Positions 25,301 to 31,564 of a DNA stretch of 34,484 nucleotides are shown piece by piece. The notes beneath the pieces were generated by a model. That model saw only the letters and a list, made by a program, of their open reading frames with translations. It was not told the DNA's origin and did no database searches. The number at the start of each line of letters is the position of its first letter. Within the stretch, counting starts at the first letter, position 1. Source of the DNA: Acidobacteriota bacterium (GTDB lineage Bacteria; Acidobacteriota; Vicinamibacteria; Vicinamibacterales; CAVVIG01); assembly GCA_003223775.1 (NCBI GenBank), contig QHWK01000167.1, positions 1-34,484 of the forward strand. The letters are read 5' to 3'. The position numbers and the translations under genes are program-made.

Positions 25301-25604
25301 GGCCCCGCCGATCGGACGATTCGGGACGGCGGGCCGCGGCGTGATTGAAGGTCCGGGCCTGAATCTCTGGCATTTCGGCGTGCACAAGCGATTCCGGTTG
25401 GCCGACCGCGCGGCGGGACCGGCGCTGCGCGTCGAGCTCACGACGACGAACCTCTTCAACACGCCGCAGTGGGCGAACCCGAACTTGAACGTCACACCGA
25501 CCAACGTGAGCGCCGGCCGCGTGACCGGCGTTGGCGGCAGCGCCGGATTCATTCAGCAGGCCGGCATGCGGAGCATGCGGCTGGGTATTCGAGCGGAGTG
25601 GTAG
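22353..25604 (+). CDS. TonB-dependent receptor with N-terminal carboxypeptidase-regulatory-like domain
   Basis: Track ORF of 1083 aa. Signal peptide ...LLASAWPAAAQ, then TTFATITGAVTDSSGGVIPGAEVAATNVETSIATKTTTNREGVYTVTQLREGPYMLSITAPGLREF. A long beta-barrel follows, ending MRSMRLGIRAEW* with a terminal aromatic residue. AGGAG lies 7 nt upstream of the ATG. Confidence 0.9.
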   Translation: MRVELRTLAAMMVFLLASAWPAAAQTTFATITGAVTDSSGGVIPGAEVAATNVETSIATKTTTNREGVYTVTQLREGPYMLSITAPGLREFIVTNILLVTRDVRRIAAEQLRTLPLNDPGVWSFLAVTPTLSLRAGTYSFAGSKYNQSQFAIDGTSMSDGVGESPVGPLANYIESFKEVKIDLANNSAEFPSLGQVTIISKSGANRFSGSLFDYYQGPSFRARNPFSGQRQAGWVHFPGVAAGGPVVIPKVYNGHARTFWFVSAETVDGSNTSVDLNPTVPIEPWLRGDFSALGRPIRNPFTGEVYADGRIPVAALNPVAVKLQDRFFPLPNSGNTAVLQTNNFRQTLEIDRAKPYYWTARIDHDFDPANRLFGRFTLSESTNPVWEGNLPTFGVRDQLRQTRALTLSYTRILGSSLVSEFRGGYTYNNNPISGPVRGLELADSLGLRGLAPGLPDISGVLKVSFPGSGLTGLSQVDWTNPGFLNRIYQLQNQTTWQRGTHTVKGGAEIRRIDNDESVASPNLFGALDFTGRFTAVPGIAASGNPYADFLFGVPNTASRAFPPIAAQRRRWTYDFFAQDDWKVTRNLTLNLGLRYDLHPGWFERNDRQAIFDITSGRIVVPDGGRDDVSPLMPTGYVDVVSASSVGLPARTLLRTDRNNFAPRIGVAYRPFGGARTVLRGGYGLYYDMTPIDLQAARAPFVLSETPFTNPTVPVVVLPTVFPTGGTSGPAAIGLPLAVNPDIRIPYTHQFNVTVEHERWNTGFRVSYIATLGRAMWYERDANAPVADGRLYIEKPRPFPQFPDITYADNGGSHDYHGVTVEAERRFSQGLFFQVAYTAARDLGDTGGNAPNGGIYTTPIENPFDLARERGPDVATPRHRVTSAVMYELPFGHERRWLANAPGAVDAALGGWELSLVSYLQTGGYLTPTISVPDPTGTRFTNTATRPVVSIRPDLLNDPNLDGQTVPGGTPITAFPWYDITAFAAPPIGRFGTAGRGVIEGPGLNLWHFGVHKRFRLADRAAGPALRVELTTTNLFNTPQWANPNLNVTPTNVSAGRVTGVGGSAGFIQQAGMRSMRLGIRAEW

Positions 25605-25679
25605 TTCGCGATCGCCTTTACGATATGCACGTGAAGGATCTCTAGACGAAGCTTCGCATCATACGCATGGCTGTCGCCG

Positions 25680-25911
25680 TTATGGACGAATCTTGATGTT
25701 GCGGAAGGCGACCTTGTCGCCGTGGTCCTGCAGCCCGATGTGTCCGCGCCGCGCCCGCGCGTACTGCGGGTAGTCCTTAGCCGGCTGTGGTCTTGCCGTC
25801 GAACAGCGCGCGCCAATCGTTCACTGCGGCTTTGGCGACGGCGATCGCGCCGGCCGACGCCGCCCCGGCCACCACCTGGAGAAACTCACGGCGCGACGGC
25901 GTGTTCGACAT
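25680..25911 (-). pseudogene. DUF1080 (3-keto-disaccharide-hydrolase family) relic: TAT leader and first strand fused out of frame to the last strands
   Basis: My translation from ATG 25911 reads MSNTPSRREFLQVVAGAASAGAIAVAKAAVNDWRALFDGKTTAG*, with TAA at 25777..25779. A second frame reads ...KDYPQYARARRGHIGLQDHGDKVAFRNIKIRP*, with the stop at 25680..25682. W..LFDGK...GW and G.IGLQDHG..V.FRNI.I are the two ends of a DUF1080 domain, so about 150 residues of core are missing. Confidence 0.6.
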
Positions 25912-25919
25912 CGGCGGCC

Positions 25920-27069
25920 TCAGTCATGAATTACAGACAGGGGAGGGTACTCCGTTGCCTCGATCAGCGGCAGCGAAACCGGCGTGCCGCCGAGCTCCGC
26001 CGATCGGTCGGCCGCGAGGCAGACCTCCATCGTCTTCTGCGCGTCGAAGACGTCGATCGTGGTGTGGCGCTTCTCGAGCACGCACGCCACGAGCTCATCG
26101 ATCTCGTCTTGAAACGGATGATGCGCCACGTCGGCCGAATCGGGCATCGTGCAGAGGATGCGGATGGCCGGCCGGCCGGCAGGATCGGTGGTCGCCGCGA
26201 GCCGGACGTCGGGGAGCGGGTTGGCGGCGGCGAGCCGCTCGGCATCGATCGGCGCATCGAGCGACTGCAGCAGATCCTGCCGCAGCGTCGCGCGATCGCC
26301 CATCAGCTCGACGAGAAACGAATAGGGCAGCATGAAATCGGTCGAGCTGGCGATGTGGCCGAGCGCCTTTCCCTCGAGCGTCATGTTGACGACGATCGAC
26401 GTGGGCCATTCGTAACCGCCGGTGAAGCGCGTGTGAAACGCGCTCACCGTCATCGGCTCGAGGCCGGAACACCAGCGCAGCGCGTCGACCGCGTGACAAC
26501 CGGCAGAAAGCAGGTGACTGCGGCCGCTCTCCTTGGTGCGGACCCACGCCCACCCGCTATACCAGTCGGTGACGCGCGACAGATACTGCGTGCGCGCGAA
26601 CCGGATCTCGCCGAGCCACCCGGCGCTCCGCAGCCAGCGAGCGCGCAAACTTCAGAAACGGGTTGTATCTCAGCTCGAAGGAGACGATCGTTCGGACGCC
26701 GGCCCGCCGCACCGCGTCGCGAATGCGCACGAGCTCTGCGACGTCGAGGCCGGTCGGCTTCTCGAGCAGCATGTGCTTGCCCGCCTGCGCCGCCGCGACC
26801 GCCTCCGTCGCGTGCAACTGGTTCGGCGTCGCGATCGACACGATGTCCACGTCCGAGGCGCGGAGGATGTCGTCGTAGCTGGTCGTGATCCGCGCATCGG
26901 GCAGCGCGATGCCGTACTTCGCGAGGCTGGCGCGGGCGCGATCCGCGTCGCGCGCGCACAGCCAGGTGACGGCCGTGCGCGGGTTGCGCTGAAACGCCGT
27001 GATGTGCTGCGACGCGCACCAGCCGACGCCGCAGACGGCCACTCCCAGTTTCCGATCCGCTGGGAGCAT
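25920..27069 (-). pseudogene. Gfo/Idh/MocA-family oxidoreductase with one frameshift (or an assembly error)
   Basis: Track ORF 26557..27069 reads MLPADRKLGVAVCGVGWCASQHITAF...HMLLEKP...IVSFELRYNPFLKFAR. Track ORF 25920..26648 reads (L)RARWLRSAGWLGEIRFARTQYLS... and continues to the stop. The frame changes at 26637..26646. Confidence 0.8.
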
Positions 27070-27090
27070 GCCGTTTCAGAGCTCCAGGGC

Positions 27091-27964
27091 CTACACCTGC
27101 GCCAGGACGTTTTCGAGGAACCGGCGATTGTCCCGCATGTGCCATCGTCTCGACGGCGGTTGCGCCGACCTTGCAGCACTCGACCATGATCGGTCCGGCG
27201 AATCCGGCGGTCTTCAGCGTGCCGAAGACGGCCGCGAAATCCACCTTGCCTGTGCCGAACTGAATCATCACGTCGCCTTTCAGCGCGCCGCAGTCCTTCG
27301 CGCAGAAGCCGCTGACGTGCCGCGCGATTGGTTTCAGCTCCTCGACCGGATTCTTGCCCGTGTAGTAAATGATGTTGCCGGCGTCATACCAGATCGTGAA
27401 ATTCGGATGCTGGACCGCTTTCATGGCTGCAACGATGTCGTCCGAGGTGCCGCTGCTGCCGCCGTGAGGTTTCATGACCAATTTGATGCGGCGTTCCTGC
27501 GCGTACGCCGCCGCATCGCTCATCACCTTGTAGTAGTGCTCGTACTCATCCGTGCTGTCGACGCCGAAGCTGAGCAGATAAGTCAGCGCGAGCGCATCGG
27601 CGTGGTCGATCTGCCGACGGACGTCGGCGATCGAATCGCGCAGAGGAATGTCGTGCCGCGAATGCAGCGCGGCCATGTTCGCCGTCAGGCCGCTGGCGGT
27701 AATCCGCTGTTTCAGCCTGACCAGGTATTCCGGCGTCGCCTCCGAGCCAATGAACGGCTCGTCTTTGGTGCGCGTGAGCAGGCCGGTCGTGCGGTATCCC
27801 GCCGCTGCAATCTGTGTCAGCGCTTCATCGAAGCTCCATGACGTCCATGGTCGATTGAAGCACCCGATCGGCCACTGGACGCTGGCGCTCAGCGCGGGCC
27901 ACTGTGACAGCCCCAACGCGGTCCCGCCGACAATCGCCCGCTGAAAGAATTCACGTCGCTTCAC
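27091..27964 (-). pseudogene. xylose-isomerase-like TIM-barrel protein with twin-arginine leader; frameshift 18 codons before the stop
   Basis: The frame of track ORF 26450..28060 reads (GTG 27964) VKRREFFQRAIVGGTALGL...WPIGCFNRPW...LVMKPHGG...IWYDAGNIIYY...GFCAKDC...IMVECCKVGATAVETMAH. At 27137..27145 the sense moves to MRDNRRFLENVLAQV*, with TAG at 27091..27093 (my translation). The start codon is uncertain. Confidence 0.7.
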
Positions 27965-28165
27965 CGGATCACCGCGATCTCGTCGATCTCGACCAGCGAG
28001 TGGCGCATGGAGGACTACTGTACACGGCGAGAGCCTATGCCGATCGTTTTTGTGTTTCAAGCACCAGTTGGCAGGCCAGTCGATATTCCTGGCGCCGGGA
28101 ACGGCGTGCAGGTGTATTGATTGGGGTGACGCGCTCGGATTCCTGAGAAGGAGCAGAAGACAGCC

Positions 28166-29281
28166 ATGGCTGGGGAAGAAGGTGTGCGAGTTTCACGACG
28201 GCAATTTCTGAACGCCGGTGGGATGACCATTCTGGCGGCCACGCCGATCATCGCCGCGACCGCAGGTCAGTCCGCACCGGTTCCCTCTGCCGGCTCCTTG
28301 ACCGACATCGGCGGCGTGCGCGTGGGGCACTTCACCGACACGCGCCGACCGACCGGTTGCACGGCTATCCTGTTCGACAATCCGGCGACGGCCGGAGTGG
28401 ACTACGACGGCTCGGCGCCTGGGGAATCGCTCGGAGTGATGCTGCAGCCCGTGAGTCCGCTGGATCACATTCACGGTGTCCTGCTGGCAGGCGGCGGCCC
28501 GATGGGACTCGGCGCGACCGCCGGGGTCGTTCGTTTCCTCGAGGAGCGGCGCGTGGGGTACGACTGGGGCGTGCCGAACGTCCGCGTGCCGATCGTTGTC
28601 GGCGCAGTCATCGATGACCTGGCGATCGGCGACGGCCGGATCCGCGTGGGTCCGGACGAGGCCCATCGCGCGTGTGAGGCAGCCACGAATGGCGCCGTGA
28701 CCGAAGGGAGCGTCGGCGCCGGTGCCGGCGCCACCGTGGGCAAGATGTTCGTCGCCCGCGGTATGCCTGGCATGAAGGGCGGCATCGGCACCGCCTCGGC
28801 TCGTCTCGGCGACGTCGTGATCGCGTCGCTCGTGGTCGTCAACAGCGCCGGCGACATCCTCGACTGGCGCCACGGAACCATCGTGGCGGGAGCGCGAACG
28901 GCCGATGGCCGCGGCTTTGCGCAGAGCGCCGACGTATTGCGCCACGATCTTGGGGTGGCGCCGGCGGCCAACGCGCCGCTTGCAGACGATCCGCTGCGCG
29001 CCACACTGCTTGCCGTCGTCGGCACGAACGTGACGCTCACCAAGTTGCAGCTCACGAAGCTCGCCATGATGGCGAATACCGGCGCCGCACGCGCGATTAA
29101 CCCGTACCACACCCAAGGCGATGGCGATCAGATCATTGCGGTCTCCACGGGCCTCTCGAACGTCTCGGTGTCGCTGACCGCGCTCGGCGCAATTGCGGCC
29201 GAGGTCTTGGCCGACGCAATCGTGCGCGCAGTGAGAACCGCAACCGGCGTCGCCGGGTGGACGGCCGTCAGAGATTTGTGA
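28166..29281 (+). CDS. P1/S58 (DmpA-type) aminopeptidase family protein with twin-arginine leader
   Basis: Track ORF of 371 aa. VSRRQFLNAGGMTILA, then GGVRVGHFTD...TGCTAILF, then ...LAVVGTNVTLTKLQLTKLAMMANTGAARAINPYHTQGDGDQIIAVSTG, the pattern typical of peptidase family S58. Confidence 0.85.
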   Translation: MAGEEGVRVSRRQFLNAGGMTILAATPIIAATAGQSAPVPSAGSLTDIGGVRVGHFTDTRRPTGCTAILFDNPATAGVDYDGSAPGESLGVMLQPVSPLDHIHGVLLAGGGPMGLGATAGVVRFLEERRVGYDWGVPNVRVPIVVGAVIDDLAIGDGRIRVGPDEAHRACEAATNGAVTEGSVGAGAGATVGKMFVARGMPGMKGGIGTASARLGDVVIASLVVVNSAGDILDWRHGTIVAGARTADGRGFAQSADVLRHDLGVAPAANAPLADDPLRATLLAVVGTNVTLTKLQLTKLAMMANTGAARAINPYHTQGDGDQIIAVSTGLSNVSVSLTALGAIAAEVLADAIVRAVRTATGVAGWTAVRDL

Positions 29282-29384
29282 GCCTTCGCGTCACGGCCGC
29301 GAGCACGCCGCGCGGATCCGCGACCCACTCGATCGTGCCAGGCAGGTTTTGGGCACAGCCGCAGAAACGCCTTATACCCTTTCT

Positions 29385-29980
29385 CGAGGAGGATGCGTAT
29401 GCGCAAGCTTGTCCTGGCGATCGTGTCTCGGGTGGCGTGAATGCCGGGGTGGCTGAACGCCGCGAGTGTGTTCGGGTCGCGCTCGCCGGAGAGCATCGCG
29501 CGGACGATTGTTCTTCGACTTTGGCACGCGCACAACCCGGTTCAACCAGTCCACTCACTCCCATTCCGCCCGAAACAGATTGCTGCGCCTGAGGCCGATG
29601 TTGCGAGCCAGAACCATCTTGTCGACCAGGTGAGGCGAGTGTGACTCGACTTGCAGACCGGATTCGTCGCCGCCATTCCGCGGTCGATGCACCAGCTAAA
29701 GAACGCTTTCAGGACGCCAAGATCTTTGTCGGCCGTGGTGCGCTCGACTTCCTTGGCGCGGCGCTGCTTGACCGCGTCGATCTGCCCGGGGTTTACGCGG
29801 GCGACGAGCTGGTTCTGTTTCGGGTCGAGCTCTCGCTCCCACATTTTCAATACCGGCTCGATGTAGGTGTTGTGTGAGCGATTCTGAACCTTGGAGTACT
29901 CGCGGTACTGCTCGATCGCCACGCGCAGGGCGACGACCTTGTCGGTCTGTTCGTGCCAGGTGCCATTTTCGATCTTCGAC
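29385..29980 (-). pseudogene. tyrosine recombinase (phage-type integrase) remnant: N-terminal SAM-like domain plus degenerate, frame-shifted C-terminal boxes
   Basis: The frame of track ORF 29542..29922, extended upstream, reads SKIENGTWHEQTDKVVALRVAIEQYREYSKVQNRSHNTYIEPVLKMW...TTADKDLGVLKAFFSWCIDRGMAATNPV. Other frames contain KSKNNRPR and CQSRRTIVRAMLSGERDPNTLAAFSHPGIHATRDTIA. These resemble the box I Arg and the HxLRxT...LGH...Y region but are degenerate, and they lie too close together for an intact catalytic domain. Confidence 0.5.
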
Positions 29981-30985
29981 TGGCATGACCGGACGGGGAA
30001 TCGGCGCGTCCTTGTCCAGCGCCAAGTGAGTCCGCGCTTTTTGGTAGTACGAACCGTACCGCGCCATCAACTTCCGAGCGCCGGCTTCGCTGAACACGAT
30101 CACGTGGTCGAAACATTCGCGACGCGCGGATCCCACAAATCGCTCGACGAATGGATTCTGCCAGGGTGCGTGTGGGGCGGTGAGCCTTTCCTCAATTCCC
30201 ATCGCCTTCGCGGTGGCCGCAAGCGCGTCGAACGCGTGGTCGCGATCATGGATCAGATACCGAGGCGCCTCGTCCCACGGAAACGCTTCGCGCACCTGCT
30301 GGGCCGTCCACGCCGCCGTCGGATGCGCGGTGACCGCCATGTGTCGGATGCGGCGCCGATCGTGGGCGAGCAGCACCAGCACGAACACGAGGCGGAACGT
30401 CACCGTCGGGACCACGAAGAAATCGGCGGCGACGATCTGGCCGACGTGATTGCTCAGGAACGTGCGCCACGTCTGCGAGGGCGGCTGGCGTCGACAGCCC
30501 ATGTATTTCGCGCCGGTCGCCTGACACACGTCGATGCCGAACTTCAGCAGTTCGCCGAGCATCCGCGGCGCGCCCCAGCGCGGGTTCGCCTCGGCCATGT
30601 CGCGAATCAGGGTGCGGATGTTGGCGGGCACAGTCGGTCGCCGGAGACGACGCCGACTTTTCCAGGTCCACCACATGCGGAAACCGCGTCGGTGCATGCG
30701 ACGACCGTCTCGGGCTTGACGAGACGAGTGCCGTCCGCCATCGGGTCCAGAGGCGCGAGAGCAGGACCCAGAGCCAGCGGTCCGCCTTCGCGAGCCGCAC
30801 CCGCCGGAGGCGGCTGCGCTGCAGCACCGCCAGCTGGCGCCGCAAGGCCAGGATTTCGAGTTGGAGGTCGGCGCGCGAACGTGTCAGCGTCCGCAGTCAA
30901 GAGGAGCGAGTGCAGCACCGAGATCAAGGCCGAGAAGCGTATCCACCGACGGCCGTAACATCAACTGCCGCCACGAACGGACTTT
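29981..30985 (-). mobile_element. rve (integrase-core) DDE transposase IS, copy A: near full length but with at least 3 frameshifts and a truncated 3' end
   Basis: Read across three frames: ...ISVLHSLLLTADADTFAR / ADLQLEILALRRQLAVLQRSRLRRVRLAKADRWLWVLLSRLWTRWRTALV / (I)VKPETVVA / (W)HRRGFRMWWTWKSRRRLRRPTVPANIRTLIRDMAEANPRWGAPRMLGELLKFG...DFFVVPTVTFRLVFVLVLLAHDRRRI...IHDRDHAF...WQNPFVERFVGSARRECFDHVIV...LALDKDAPIPRPV. Sense ends at about 29985, 30-40 residues short of relatives. Confidence 0.75.
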
Positions 30986-31354
30986 TCAGTAGGGACGGCT
31001 GGTCGACCTGCGCGATGACGGCTCTTCCAGGTCCAGAACAGTCGGAAGCCTTGGCGATGCCAAGCCATCACCGTCTCCGGTTTCACGATGACGAGTGCGC
31101 CGCGCCACCCGGTCCACACACGTGACAGGCAGACCCAAAGAATGCGATCAGCTCGTGAGAGTCTCAGCCGACGAGGGCGCGATCGCTCCAGGACTTTGCA
31201 GCTGGTGCCGCAGGCGAGCACCCCAAGCTGTAAAGCAGTGCGAGAGCGTGCCCACCCCCGCACGGACGCCAGGAATGAGAAGACGACGGACATCATCGCC
31301 GAGAAAGCCTATCCATCGTCGCCCGCAACATTAACAGAGACAACGGGAACGGAC
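30986..31354 (-). mobile_element. same IS family, copy B: leader plus the first ~105 codons only
   Basis: Track ORF 30961..31296 reads MMSVVFSFLASVRGWARSRTALQLGVLA...VLERSRPRRLRLSRADRILWVCLSRVWTGWRGALVIVKPETVMAWHRQGFRLFWTWKSRHRAGRPAVPTE. It then runs into the leader of copy A; the last 8 'codons' (KSVRGGS*) are copy A leader sequence. Confidence 0.7.
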
Positions 31355-31543
31355 TCTCCGGTAGGCACAGGCGATCTGATTCTGGCGAACGACACCGGTA
31401 CCTCAACGTGTAGCGCGGCGCGCGACCGCAGCAATCCCGGAAGCGTCGCCAAGACCGAGACGAGTACGGAAGTCATCCCGGCGAGAGCCTACCTGTCAGT
31501 GGCGGGAACTTCAACGGTTGCAGCAGAATCGGAGTTTCAGCAG
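31355..31543 (-). mobile_element. same IS family, copy C: leader plus ~35 codons, internally deleted, ending at the same junction
   Basis: My translation from ATG 31476 reads MTSVLVSVLATLPGLLRSRAALHVEV..., ending ...SPVPTGE just before the leader of copy B. The three leaders align with each other (GTTGATGTTACGGCCGTCGGTGGATACGCTTCTCGGCC / GTTAATGTTGCGGGCGACGATGGATAGGCTTTCTCGGCG / GTTGAAGTTCCCGCCACTGACAGGTAGGCTCTCGCCGG). Confidence 0.55.
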
Positions 31544-31564
31544 CCACACCCCCTTAACGACAGG

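Noticed and set aside
25605-25679. Palindromes GCGATCGC and CGAAGCTTCG in the convergent gap after the TonB receptor, considered as a bidirectional terminator.
   Set aside because: The stems have no loop and no flanking T/A runs, so there is not enough to call an intrinsic terminator.
26450-28060. 536-aa track ORF spanning the TIM-barrel gene and much of the Gfo gene.
   Set aside because: It makes sense only between about 27140 and 27964. Downstream it is an off-frame read through the Gfo/Idh/MocA gene. The real C-terminus (MRDNRRFLENVLAQV*) is in another frame and ends at 27091.
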